Origin: Mobula hypostoma
Lineage: Eukaryota
Direction of reading: 5' to 3'
DNA: 64,000 nt
Assembly (NCBI RefSeq): GCF_963921235.1
Contig: NC_086109.1
Location: 12,028,001 to 12,092,000 of the forward strand
In this document: piece by piece, positions 1-12,789 of the stretch
How positions within the stretch are numbered: position 1 is the first letter of the stretch
Layout: every line of letters begins with the position of its first letter
Position numbers and translations under genes: made by a program
The notes under the pieces: generated by a model
What the model was told of the DNA's origin: nothing
What the model saw: the letters and a program-made list of their open reading frames with translations, nothing else
Database searches by the model: none

Positions 1-682
1 GGGAAAGGTTCTCTTTCAGAATCAGAATCAGGTTTATTTTCACTGTCTTCAGATGTGAAATTTGTTGTTTTGCAGTGGATAAAAACAAAGCAAGTTCCTT
101 CCTTCAGGCTATCAATGAGCTCAGGTTTAACAGGTCCAGGTTCACAAGTGGAACCACTGCATCTGGAATTATCTGCAGTTGATCAACACCCATCACATAA
201 CCCTGTCCTAAAGAGGTCAAGAGCTCCAAACAGACTCTGGTGTTTTTGGTTCACATCCTCACAAAGCAGGTGAGGGATGTAATGTGATTCTCCTCCTTCT
301 CAGTGGGGCATTTCAAAGTTCAAAATTCAAATTAAATTTATTATCGAAGTACATATATATCACCAACTACTAACTGAATTATAATTGCAAAAATGCAGTT
401 CATCTTCTCATTTTCCGTGAACATTTATTATCCATTCATGGGTTACAGTAACAGATCAGTACTGAGAAAAGTTACATCTTGTATTTGCAGATTCACACCC
501 TGATGACCAAAGCAAGCTGCAATAATTTGCAGCTCACTCATTTTATTCAGCACCCAACTTTTATTTCCATTGCTCGTTCTTCTTTAAGAACTTTGTAGAG
601 TGACTGGAAATTTTCATGCTGTGTCTTTTTCTCACTCCATTTCTGCAAAACGTGTTATGAAAGGTCAGTAATCATGCACCTT

Positions 683-1591
683 GCCTTGCCTTGCCTTGTG
701 CCCTTAACTCCTGGTGGAGTCGTCGGGGCGCTGTCACGCCAAGCTTTGCACCAATCTGTTCCATCTGTCGCGGTTGTGTGCCAGAGCCTGGGTCACCGCA
801 GATGTTTTCCCTGTCCATTCTTTAATGTTGTCCATCCATCTTTTCCTCTGTCTACCTCTCGTTCTTTTCCCCTCCACAGTTCCTTGTAGAACGGTCTTTG
901 CAAGGCCGCTGGATCTTGTTACGTGGCCGTACCATCTCAGTTTTATTTTCTTCACTGTTGTGAGAAGGTCTTCATGGGCGCTAACGTGGTGCTGGATGGT
1001 CTTGCTGACCTGCTCGTTTGTGATAAGGTCCAAGTACGAGATGCCCAAGATGTTGCGATAGCATCTCATTTCCAATGCCTGGATCATCCTCTGTAGCTCT
1101 GCTGTGAGAGTCCATGTCTCGCATGCGTACAGGAAGATGGAGAATACCGATGCACGCAGGAGTCTGATCTTGTACTTCATGGTGATGTTGCTGTCCCTCC
1201 ATATTGTTTTGAGTTTGGGTAGTGCAGTCATTGTCTGTGTGGTTCTTGCCAGGACTTCTGGTCTTGATCCTTCATCACTGATGATTGCCCCCAGGTATTT
1301 GAACTGCTGCACTGTTCAAATCTCTCACGTGTTGGCTCTAAGTGCCATACTCTGGTAAACCGCTTCAGCTGGCGGGCTAAACCACATGAGGGGGTGGTGT
1401 TAACATGGCACCACTGGGCGAATGACTTCCATAATGAAGTCACTGGCCGGGACGGTAAGGTTCTCAGGTGAACTCTAACGGCCACGTTTTCGTGACCAAG
1501 GTGAGCCACCTTGTTGGAGGAAATCGGCTGTGGTCAAACCTGGAGAGGGACGTACTCCACCAGGTTTCAGATGCCCAAAACACGCCGCATG
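683..1591 (-). mobile_element. RTE-clade LINE derivative (RT C-terminus plus 3' tail) with 9-bp TSD
   Basis: ORF 734-1312 (FKYLG...LYACETWTL...LRWYGHV...RGRQRKRW) is RTE-type. (CAAGG)n tail at ~683-700. TSD ATGCACCTT at 674-682 and 1592-1600. The paralogous empty site is at 11641-11649. Confidence 0.9.
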
Positions 1592-1964
1592 ATGCACCTT
1601 ATCAAAGTTGAAAAACTTCATGGCAAATTTATTATCAAAGTATGTCTGTGTCACCATATACTATCCTGAGTTAAATTTCCTTACAGGTATTCACAGCGGA
1701 AGAAAGAAATGCAATAGAATCAATGTAAACTACACACAAAGACTGACAAACTACCAATCTGCAAAGGAAGGCAAACATTGCAAGGGCAATCAAAGTTAAA
1801 GACATAAGTAAATAAATAAGACCAAGATATGAGTTCTGGAGACCTTTAAAGTGAGGCCGTAGGTTGTGTTCAGTGAGTAGTTGAGTGTTGAGTTGAGTTA
1901 AGTTATCCACTCTGATTCTGGAATTGGATTGCTGAACTGTTTCTGAACATGGCCCGTTATTCAG

Positions 1965-2480
1965 CTCCATGCAGTAACGTAAGAAGGACAAATGCTCTAT
2001 AGACCAAGAGTTTTGTTTAGACCTGTAGGTCACTATTCCAAAGACCCTTTTCCTTAACGTTGCATAGACTACACTTGCACAGCTAAAGCAGTGGTTGATC
2101 TCTGATCAATGTCTGCTTTTGAGGAGAGAATGCTGTCAAGGTAGGAAAAGTGGTCTATATTTTTAAGGTTCATATCATCTTTTATGGAGAGTTGGATAAA
2201 TACTGGTTAGGTGGTGGCTAGTATAGGAGCTGTGTCTTTTTTAATATTCAAAACAAGATTCTGGGCCCTTTGTACCTTGGCAAAGGCATTCAAGATACAT
2301 TGGAACTCTTCTTCAGAATGTGCTGTGATGGTGTTGTCATCTGCACACCGAAACTCCATGATAGTGATGGTGCTGACCTTGTTCTTGACCTTGAGCCAGT
2401 TGAGGTTGAAAAGTCTGTTGTCCATTCTATACATGTTTGGTATTCCCAATGGCAGATCTTGGCCAATGATCTTGGCATTC
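1965..2480 (-). mobile_element. RTE/BovB-like LINE fragment
   Basis: YRMDNRLFNLNWLK...ADDNTITAHSEEEFQCILNAF in ORF 2207-2509; duplicate of 13440-13900. Confidence 0.8.
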
Positions 2481-3348
2481 AAGATGAGGTAATAAATAGG
2501 ATAAGACATTGCCTTTGCAAGTGAAGACAGAGAAAAGCATTAAGGTGTTGCCTCTCTGACTGGAGGCCGGTGACTAGCGCTGTGCTGCAGGGTTTGGTGC
2601 TGGGTCCTTTGTTGTTGTGTGCATCAGATGGAAAAGTGGGCTGAGGAATTGCAGACGGAAGGTAATGCACAGAAGGGACCAGGGTAGGCCTTGTGCAGTG
2701 AATGGCAGGGCACTGAGGAGTGTGGAAGCACAAAGGGATCCCGGAATACAGCTTCATAATTCATTGAAAGTGGCATCACAGGTAGATAGGATCCTAAAGA
2801 AAGCTTTTACATATTGGCTTTCATAAATCCAGGAGATGGGATGTTACGTTGAGGTTGTATAAGACGTTTATGGGGCCTAATTTGGAATATTGTGTCCAGT
2901 TTTGGTCACCTACCTACAGGAAAGATATTAGCAAGTTTGAAAGAGTACAAAAAACAATTACAAGGACATGGCCAGGTCTGGAGGACCAGAATTTTAATGA
3001 AATATTGATTAAATGAGGACTATGTTCTTTAGAATGTAGAAGATTGAGAGGAGATTTGATAGAGGTATACAAAATTATGAGGGGTATAAATAGGGTAAAT
3101 GAAAGCAGACTTTTTCCGCTGCAGTTGGGTGGAACTACAAGCAGAGGTCAGGGGTTTAGGGTGAAAATAATGAAATTTAAGGGGAATATGACGGGAAACA
3201 TCTTTACTCAGAGGGTCATGAGAGTGTGGAATGAGCTCCCAGCACAAGTAGAGCATGCAAGCTCAATTTCAATGTATAAGAGAAGTTTGGACATTAAGGA
3301 TATGGAGGTCTATGATCCGGTGCAGTTTGATGGTAATAGGCAGTTTAA
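2481..3348 (+). mobile_element. CR1 LINE 3' fragment (degenerate)
   Basis: WRPVTS.V.QG.VLGPLL and [14 protein letters not shown]...FTQRVMRVWNELP remnants; duplicate of 13901-14958. Confidence 0.85.
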
Positions 3349-4250
3349 GTGAAAGTAAAGTTATTCTCAATGTACATCTACATCAGCGTATACAACACTG
3401 AGATTCATTTTCTTGTGGGCATACTCAATAAATCTATAGAATAATGAAAATAACAGAATCAATATAAGTCTGCCAAACTTGGTAGATCATCCTGAGTGCA
3501 GAAGATAGCAAACTGTTCAAATACAAAAAGAAAGAAACAATAATGAATTAATAAATAAATAATAAAAGGCAATAAATACTGAGAATGTGAGATGAAGAGT
3601 CCTTGAAAATGGGAGCAATGGTTGTGGAAAATAGCCAAATAATAAAGGAGCTTGCTATTCAATCTACTTATGCCTCCTATCATCGTTAACACCTTTCACA
3701 AGTCACCTCTTATCCTCGATCCTGAGCTCACTCACCCTATCTTCATAAAGCATGTTGTCTATACCAGGCATCATCCTGGTAAATCTGTTCTCAAGCTACT
3801 ACATCCTTCCTATAATGAGGTGACTAGAACTGAAGACAATACTCCAAGTGTGGACTAACCAGAGTTTTTTGAGTTGAAACATTACCTCAAGGCTCTTGAA
3901 TTCAATCCCCTGACGAATGAAAGCCAACACACAATGTGATTTGTTAGCCATCCTATCGACTTGCATGGCAACTTCCTGTTCCTGTCTGGGCAAAGGTCTT
4001 TTTTCGGACCAAGACAGGACAGGGAGGCAAACGAACGATTCTTGGGTAACACCTACTATTGGACTGCCTGAGCCAAATTGTCTTTTACTTTAGCATATCT
4101 CCAAAGTAACGCTAGTGATTGAAAGTGGGTGCACCGCCTTCTCTCCACCCTCCCCATCCTCCACAAGCCACCACCATCAATAACATCACAGCAATTATAT
4201 TTCATGTGGCAGTAGTGTCAATCAAAACACTGGTATTGAGGACATTGTGC

Positions 4251-4359
4251 CTTTCGACAGAACTGGATCTTGCAGTAGCATTGAATCTTATTTCTGAATT
4301 TTCAGAATGTGAAGTCCTTGTTAATTCTGTGGCCGAAGTTTCACAAGTATATCTACATT
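4251..4359 (-). pseudogene. Stalk exon of the CD300/pIgR-like pseudogene
   Basis: ctctacag acceptor; phase 1-to-2 open frame ECRYTCETSATELTRTSHSENSEIRFNATARSSSVE; homologous to 20003-20162; donor is GCACAA where the paralog has GTACAA. Confidence 0.8.
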
Positions 4360-4419
4360 CTGTAGAGATAAAGAGATAAAATTCAATTCCAGTTGTTTCC
4401 ATGTGCAACTTGATGAGAT

Positions 4420-5200
4420 TATAGCTTGCAGAATATTGACAGCGAGTCTGTCAACATTGTGTGTTTGGACTTTCAGAAGGCTTCTGATAAGGTTCTACAT
4501 GAAAGATTAGTATGTAAAATTAAAGCAGGTAGGTCAGAGGACTGATGTGGATAGAGAACCAGTTGGCAGACAGAATTCAAACAGAAGGAATGGACAGCTC
4601 TGCTTTTGACTGGAAGGAAGCTTATAGTGGAAAACTGTTGTATTCAGTGCTATAAACCCAACTAGTCTCATTGTATATTAATAACATTGTCCAGGGGAAT
4701 TAAATGCAATATAGCAAATTTACAGAGGGCACAAAGCTGGACGGGAATGTGTACTATGAGGAGGCTCTTTAGTGTGATTTGGACTGGTTCAGAGAATTCG
4801 CAAATGAATGGCAGATGCAGCATACTGTAGACAAATGTGAAACTATCCACTTCAGTGTGATCAATGGAAGATTCTAGAAGAATGAAAAGCGACATCTTTC
4901 TCAAAGGACTGGAGAAATGAATTTGGTGAAAGATGTTCCCCTGTCTAAGGATATGGCGTAAGAGGTTCAAAACTGAGTTGTGGTGAAATTTCTTCACCCG
5001 GAGACTGGTGAATGAACCAAACTCTCCACCTCAGAAAACAGTTGAAGTGGAATTATTAAGTATATCCAGGGAGGAGCTGAAGATATTTCTTAAGCATCAG
5101 GGATCGAAGGATAGGTGGGAGCTACAGACTGAATATGGAAGATAAGCTCTGATTACATTGAGTGGTGCCCCAGGTTCAAAGGGCCAAACGGTCTCCTCCA
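4420..5200 (+). mobile_element. Old CR1 fragments
   Basis: gtgtgtttggactttcagaaggc (LDFQKA) and later CR1 RT/3' remnants; 4420-4870 is duplicated at 20690-21130. Confidence 0.6.
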
Positions 5201-5889
5201 GCTTCTACTTTCTCAGTGTGAATAGAAATGGCTGTTGGGAGGAAAGTCGGCAGAGATTTTATTCTGATGAAGAGCTTGTGATGTAGAATGCTAACCGTTT
5301 CTCATTCTGCGGATGATGCCTGACGTAGTGCGCAGTGGCCACTCTGGTGAATGATATCTGTAATCTGTCAGGTAGGGTGCTGTGCACAATCCTGATTTGA
5401 TGGAGACAGATGTGAGAGCACGGAGGAATATCTGGAGAAACTTCGGAAATGCCTGCTTCGCTGCCACTGCTGCTGTGTGATCCAGAATCTCCGGAGGAGA
5501 AGGCCCCGAGTCCTTGGCTTTGCTTGTTTCTCGGTGGCCGGGGCGGGGTCAAAGTGTTCGGCAGAGAATGGTGCTCAGGAAGCTGTGTTGGAGGGGCCAT
5601 CCCACTGTATTTTGATCAATGTTAATTCAAGCAACTGCAGTAATGTTGATGGCTCTGATAGTGGAAGGATTGAAAATGTAGAGCCAGTTCATTAGTGCCT
5701 TTTACCTTTGTATACCCAAATGAAGTATTTTCAAACCATCTATACTTAATGCAAAGGAATCTCCAGAAGACACTTGGCACGTGAGAGATTTGCTGGTGAC
5801 AGATATCGAAGCACAGGAGCAGACATGGGTTTTGTGGGAAAGAATTAAACATTCAAACACTGAATGAACATCTGAAAATCACTCTTCTT

Positions 5890-6436
5890 CCACTTTATTA
5901 GGTACACCTGTTCACCTGCTCATTAATGCAAATCTCTAATTAGTCATTCATGTAGCAGCAGCACAGTCCATAAAAGCATGCAGACATGGTCAAGAGGTTC
6001 AGTTGTTGCTCAGGCCAAACATCAGAATTGGGAGGAAATGTGATCTTAGTGACTTTGACCATTGGATGATAGTTGGTGAAAGACGGGGAGGTTTCAGTAT
6101 CTCAGAAGCTTTTGATTTCCTGGGATCTTCATGTACAATAGTCTTTAGAGTTTACAGCGAATGGTGTAAAAACAAAAATATCCAGTGAGTAGCAATTCCA
6201 AGAGCAAAAATGCCTTGTTAATGAGAGAGAGATGGCCAGACTGGTTCAAACTGACAGAAATATGACTGGAATTCAAATAACCATGTGTTATGACAGTGAT
6301 GTGCTGAAGATTATCTGAACACACAACACATCAAACCTTGAAGTGAGTGGGCCACAGCAGCAGAAGACCAGGAGCATGCTCTTTGTGACCACCTCATGTT
6401 GTATAGGAGGTACTGAATGAATTGGCCCCTGAGTGT
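5890..6436 (+). mobile_element. Non-autonomous Tc1-like element
   Basis: Degenerate TIR remnants cactttattaggtac / gtactgaatgaattggcccctgagtgt; transposase N-terminal remnant (GRKCDLSDFD..MIVG.RRGG.SISE). Confidence 0.75.
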
Positions 6437-6811
6437 TTAAAGGCAGCATATTTGTGAAATATCCATCACACGTTTGATAGCTTTGAGTAGAAAATAAAAT
6501 TGTGACTGGGTTCAGTCACCTGACATAGAGAGGGAAACATTTGGCACTGATGTTTATGCAGAGATAGTTAGGGATGGACAGAGTCGGGACAGAAATCTTG
6601 TACTCTGTCCTGAGGCTGAGCAGGAGGAGAAGGAAACTGCTGTTCCTTAGGCACATCCACAAGTTGGACATTTCTCCACTCAACAAGCTTCACCCTGGGA
6701 TCAGCACATCGTCGCATCCTGTGGCATCTAATGCTCTGACCCGTCCCAGAGGAAACATGGAGGAGATAGTTATTTCATTGAAGGCACAAAGTCAATCACT
6801 GAAAAACCTAC

Positions 6812-7130
6812 CATCCTATATGTGTAGACATAAATAAACTCTCAGATCCAGTCCTTGTGTTGTAGTTCCACAGCTGTACCATCCTGTATCTCCAAAGCAA
6901 AGATCTTCCATAGTAACAGTAAATTTTCTCTGTTCCTGGTTGTCTGTGATTGACACTCGTCCCCTTTGTCTGTGTTGCTACTCGTTTCCACTAAAACTGA
7001 ACTTGTTTATTCCATCTGTGGCACTGATACTTGCTGTGTGAGCATTATGTTTCTTCATAGTGACAATCGATCTTGATCACGCTTCCCACAGCTCTTTTTA
7101 AATCTCCCTCTGCCCAAAATGCACCTGAAA
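6812..7130 (-). pseudogene. Decayed IgV exon, CD300/pIgR/MDIR-like pseudogene
   Basis: ctcag|TTTCAGGT acceptor and G|GTAGGT donor. Reads (V)SGAFWAEGDLKRAVGSVIKIDCHYEET*CSHSKYQCHRWNKQ...[32 protein letters not shown]...LHI*D. It has two in-frame stops and two 1-nt deletions (319 vs 321 nt), and the conserved KYWC Trp is now Gln. Confidence 0.92.
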
Positions 7131-9559
7131 CTGAGGGAGGCATTTTCAGATCTGAGGGGAAAGGAACACTTCATGCAAGCAAATAACTTTGAACACAATG
7201 GTAAAAATACGTCCAGGTCACTTCCAACATGTCATCCATGACACCACAGCCAATGATTTTGGTCTGAAGTGCTGTCAGTGCTGTTACTGTGTCAGCTGTG
7301 TCAGTGCTCGCTCCCCTGTGTCAGTACATTGTGGGTTCACTTCCCACTCTCCACAGTCCTGAGCAGAAACCCAAGGCTGACCATCCAGTGCAGTCCTGAG
7401 GAAATGCGGTCTTATTGAATTTTCAATTACCTCAGATCATGTCAGCCTTTGAAATGTACAGAAAGATACCAGCTATTTCACTTATGATGATCCCAGGTGT
7501 GTGTGTGTGTCTCAGATTCCAGGGAACATGAGGGTTAAGGTGGGGTTTGGTAGGACCACTTCAGGCCAATGTCCTGACTTCCTCCTCACAGACAAGTTTA
7601 TAATCTGCAGAAAGAAACCCCTCATGATGTCTGTATCTGTGCCCTCTGTTTCCGATGCAGATTTTATATTTTGTACCTGTCAGGTATTTCTATGTGTAGT
7701 TAGAAGGTGGTGCAACAGAGGTAATTTCCATTTTAGTGTCTAGAAACCCAGGTGTGATTTCAATTTCTGTAAGGATACATTGTGTGTTTTAATACAGTTT
7801 CTAAATTATTTCTGGAATTAAAAAACACATATCAATCATGAGAATGATTAACTACCAGAGTGTCAAAATCCCATCTGGATCAGAAAGGCCTTTAGAGACA
7901 GAAATCTCTCATCCATACCTACCCTGGTTTACCTTTGACTCCAGATCGAGTAATGTTCTTTACTAATTACCCCACTGAAATGGCCCAGGAAAGGTACTGA
8001 TTTGAAGACAACAACGTCAATTGTCACACTGATCCCTACAGAAAAAGATCAGATTCTAGCAATGGTGGACCTGATATTCCGCTTAACAGCTTCCAGGAAT
8101 TTTCTCCACCTGGACATATTCTCCCCCGACCTGGTTCCACACTATCCCCCTTATCTGCTTCCACATCTCACTCACCTCCAAACTCCATCCCTCTTCCTCC
8201 CATTCCATTTCATTCTTCACCCCTCCTCAACCCCCTACCACCTAGTGGACCCAGTCCCACACCTCCCCCTCTCCTATTTACACTATCTCCCTCTCCATTC
8301 ACACTTGATGCAGGGTCTCCACCCAAACCATCAACAATTTCCCTCCCCCTGACACATGCCGCTTGGCGCACTGATGTCCTTCAGGAGTGTACTCTGAACT
8401 CCAGATTTCAACATCTTTAGTGTCTACCCATATTCAGGCACTGTTCTATAATGGTGTAAGACCCCAAAACCAACACTGATTATGCAAGTATCCAGTGCTC
8501 TCTGGCACTCACAGACACAACTGCACACCCTCCCCACCCTAAGCACATTTTTATACATTTGCAGCATGAATTCCTGAATGCTCGAGCTGGCCCAATGCCA
8601 TAAGGTCTCTTCACCACCTACTTTACCATCTCACTCTGTTCCAAATTTCGGGGAGTTCTGGAATTACACTCCAAGATTTGTACATTGTTCTGGATCTGCC
8701 TTGGTGAAAATTCAATTAAATCTGTTTTGGGGAACTTGCTACTGAGAAAGGAGCAAAATAAGAAATAGGTGTGATGTAGAAGGGGTTTTTCATGCAAACT
8801 CAGCATACAGTACTTCACTTCATTCCCTCTCCTCTCTGAAAACCGTGTCCGCTCTTTGAAGGAACCTTTAAAGCTCACCTTTTCGGAATTCTATTCCATC
8901 TGTCAGTGCAATTTCAAGACCTCTGATGGGATTTCACTTTGCTTTGGTTTGATGTGAGGGGAAAACCTCCTGAACGGAACTACTCATTCGCAATGGGTAA
9001 ACTCGATGTCAGATCTGTTCCTAAACCAAATCAACTCCATGTTGACAGAAAGTGGTGGGTCTGAGTAGAAAGGCCCTGCACGTTCTATTTCTCATAGAAT
9101 CATAGGGCACAGTAAATGGACAGATCACACTTGTCCAAAGAGGAGACATTTCTGTCTTAACTATCTCACCCCCATGGTCTCCCTGACCCTTGACCCTGTA
9201 AACCTTTGCTCAGATTCTCAGTTGCTAATTTCCCAACATCCCTGTTCACCCAGTTGGAACTTTCATGTTAGTCAAAGTGTGATCCATCCAGATTCATGCC
9301 TGGGGCAGATGAAGTCTGTGGTAAGTTTCAGTACAAGGGATACTGATTCTCACATGCTGCACATACTGGGGAAGTTATACAGAATCAGAAACAGAATCAG
9401 TTTTAAATCACCAGCATACTGTAGCAGCCCAAAACGGGAATATTCTATGATTCCCATATGATTCCCATTCTCTGTTCACAGAGTCATCGCTTATCGGTGC
9501 CATCTTGAAGTTTATCTAAAAAATGTTAATTGTTCAACCTTGACTTTATCATAAACATG

Positions 9560-9950
9560 AGAAAATCAGCAGACACTGGAAATCCAAAGTGGCACACAGA
9601 AAATGCTGGAGGAAATCAGCAGGTCAGGCAGCATCGATGGAAACAAATAGTTCGTTGACATTTTGGGCCAAGACCCTTCTTCAGGACTGAGAAGGAAGGG
9701 GGAATATGTCTGAATAAAAAGATGGCGAGGGGAAGGAGGCTGTCTGGAAGGTGATAGGTGAAACAAGGTCAGTGGGAAAGATCAAGGGCTGGAGAAGGAA
9801 TCTGAGAGGAGTAGAGTGGACATTGGAGAAAGGGAAGGAGGAGGCATCCCAGGGGAAAGTAACAGGCAGGCGCCGAACCTCGACTATCTATACATTTCCA
9901 TAGATGCTGCCAGACCTGCTAAGTTGCTCCAGCATTTTTTGCATGTTGCT
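9560..9950. mobile_element. Penelope-derived non-autonomous repeat with inverted terminal arms
   Basis: aaaatgctggaggaaatcagcaggtcaggcagcatc (~9600-9636) vs gatgctgccagacctgctaagttgctccagcattttt (~9903-9939); hammerhead-like relic at 9652-9689. Confidence 0.6.
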
Positions 9951-10639
9951 TTTGATTTCATGGTAGTACAGCGGGTTGAGGTGATCTAAGTTTATATTTT
10001 CCTTAATTTTTCTTGCTGACTTTGCACTTGTGTATAAACACTTAATTTCACGTAGTGTATAAACTGATCAATGACAAAATATTTCAGAATATATGGAGAG
10101 CTTTTGTTACCCTGAGTTTGTTAAATCTGTTTTAGGGGAAAACAGTGCAGTATATTAGCTTTGAATGTATACCTGCTTGAATTCTGTACATTGTAGAGTA
10201 TGTGTCGTCTCTACTGTGTCACTCCTGCTGTCATCTGCGAATGTTCACTATCAGTGAAGGACGTGGTTACAGCTTCCGCTTTCTTTACTTGTCTTACCAA
10301 ATAGAATACAGAGAAGTACCAATGAATGCTACGTATTGACAGATTGTTCTGGTCCCTTCCTGCATTGCCCCATCACTTCTTTGAAAACTCGTCAACAACC
10401 ATGGTTCAATATTCTGATAAAAACAAGTGCAGAGATACAAAACATCTTCAGCAAAGCATTATTGTTTCAGCAACTAGATCACTGAATGACAATAACAACT
10501 TGGTGTAGAAATGTGAGAAGACCATTTAACCACCGTGTTTAAACCTAATTCCAATCATGTGCATACCTGTTAATGCAACAGTGGATTGTAAAACCTTTTC
10601 TATTCTGTTGTTGTGAACTTATCCAATAACTGCAGCTAT

Positions 10640-11115
10640 GTCAGGTATTGGTCAGACTGCACTTGGAATATAATGAAAAGTTTTGGGCCCCTTATCTTCG
10701 AAAGGATGTGCTGTAACTGGAGAGGTTCCGGAGGAGGTTCCCCTGGAATGAAAGGGTAAATATATGAGGAGTGTTTGATGGCTGTGGGCCTGTCCTCACT
10801 GGAATTTAGAAGAATGGCTGGGGTGGGGAGGGGTCTTTTCTCATTGAAACTTTTTGAATTGTGAAGGGCCAAAATCCAAGATGGAGAGTATATGGAGAGG
10901 ATGTTTCCTATGGTGGGTGACTTGCTGACCGGACGGTGCTGATTCTGTGCAATTCATTGTCATGGACTGCTGTGAAGGCCATCATTGTGTATACTTAAAG
11001 TGAAGGTTGATAGGTTTTTGATTAGTAATTGTGTTGTCAGTTATGGGGAGAATAGGGTTGAGGGGGATAATAAATCAGCCATTAAAGAATGAGGAACAGA
11101 CTCAATGGGCTGAAT
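10640..11115 (+). mobile_element. CR1 3' fragment
   Basis: ccccttatcttcgaaaggatgtg...cactggaatttagaagaatg...gggctgaatgg CR1 3' signature. Confidence 0.7.
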
Positions 11116-12789
11116 GGACTCAGGTTTAACAGGTCCAGATTCACAAGTGGGACCACTGCATCTGGAATTATCTCCGGCTCACCGACATCCATCAGATAAC
11201 CCTGAGCTGAAGATGTAATGAGCTCCAAACAGACTCTGGTGTTACTGCTTCACATCCTCACATAGCAAGTGAAGGATATCATGTAATAATCCTTGTGAAT
11301 GGGGCATTTCAGAATTCAAAATTCAAATTAAATTTATTATCAAAGTGCATATATGTCACCATATACTACACTGATTATAATGCAGTTCAGCTTCTCTCAT
11401 TTTCAAGATCCTTTATTATACATTCATGGGTTACAATCACAGATCAGTACTGAGAAAAGTCACACCTGCGGTTTGCAGATTCACACCCTGATGACGAATG
11501 CAAGCTGCTATAATTTGCAGCTCGCTCATTTTATTCAGCACCCAACTTTTATTTCCATTTGTACAGTGACCGCAAATGTTCATGTTTATGTCTCTTTCTC
11601 ACTCCATTTCTACAAAATCTGTTATGAAAGGTCAATGATCATGCACCTTATCAAAGTTGAAAAACTTCATGGTAAATGTATTATCAAAGTATGTGTCACC
11701 CTGAGATTCATTTTCTTGCAGGCGTTCACAGTAGAACAAAGAAATACAATAGGATCAATCAAAACTACACACAAAGACAGACAAATTACCAATCTGCAAA
11801 GGAAAGCAAACGGTGCAAATACACTCCTCTATACCATCCACAACATCGACAATCTTTGTGTCATGTGTAAACATATGAACATACAATGGACTTTTGAATC
11901 AAGTACCATTACAGAGGCTTGTTCATATGTCGAAGTGTCCATGAGTCAGATGTTCATAACCTGGGAATGAACTGCATAGTCTTTCATCCTACACATCATT
12001 CCTCAGAGCAGATCTGTTTTCTCAGCTGACACTCTTCCATTTTTAAATCAGATCCGAGGAGGGTCCCTGACCTGAAACTGGGTTCAATCAAGGATCTGGG
12101 CCGGAAATATCGAACTGTTTATTCCTTTCCATAGATGCTGCCTGATCAACTGAGTTCCTCCAGCATTTGTGTGTAGACAATCAGCATATTGGAGGAAGAT
12201 TGAAAATCTGCCTGAATGCTGTCACAATAACTATTTCTCACTGAGCATTATCAAAACTAAAAGCTGATGATGGACTATAGCAAGAAGTATCCTGATGTTC
12301 TTGATCCAGTTCTCATCAGGACAATATCTCCACCCACCATAATATAATCATGAGAATTTTTGTACAAATCTAGACTTTTACAAATCTCTTCTCATGAGAA
12401 AAAACGTTCTGTGTATCCAACAAGATTGTTAAAAATCTAGATGGCATATTTTTAAGGAGAATGAGAAATATTTAAAAGGGGCAACCTCTTCATTAGAAGA
12501 TTGTACAGTTATTGAACATGCTGTCAGAAGGAGTGGTTGAGGCGGGCACAACAAAAACATTTAAATGACATTTGGACAGCTCTCTGGACAGGGAAAGTTC
12601 AGTGGGATATGGGCCAAATGCAGGTGAATGTGTCTAGCTTAAATCCACATCTCTCTCAGCATGGTGGCGTTGGGATGAAGGGCTCATTTCTGTGCTGTAC
12701 TGTACTCCGCTCTATTGTGCATTCGAGTTCCAGTTACAGGTCAGCATTGAGAAAAGTATTTCCTCCGATTTGCAGATTCACCTCCTGTG

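Noticed and set aside
8790-8899. 21-nt micro-exon (DGIEFRK) and a downstream VKYCML ITIM-like motif
   Set aside because: The implied intron is only 43 nt, the acceptors are weak, and there is no parent gene context.
10298-10334. Possible decayed leader of the pseudogene (ACG TAG CAT TCA TTG GTA CTT CTC TGT ATT CTA TTT G|GTAAGA; same 37-nt length)
   Set aside because: It needs two changes to restore ATG/TGG and has only patchy similarity to the real leader. It cannot be distinguished from chance without paralog alignment.
11353-11970. 205-aa + strand ORF
   Set aside because: It runs through LINE-tail fragments and the duplicated block, has no recognisable domain, and the paralogous sequence is not kept open.
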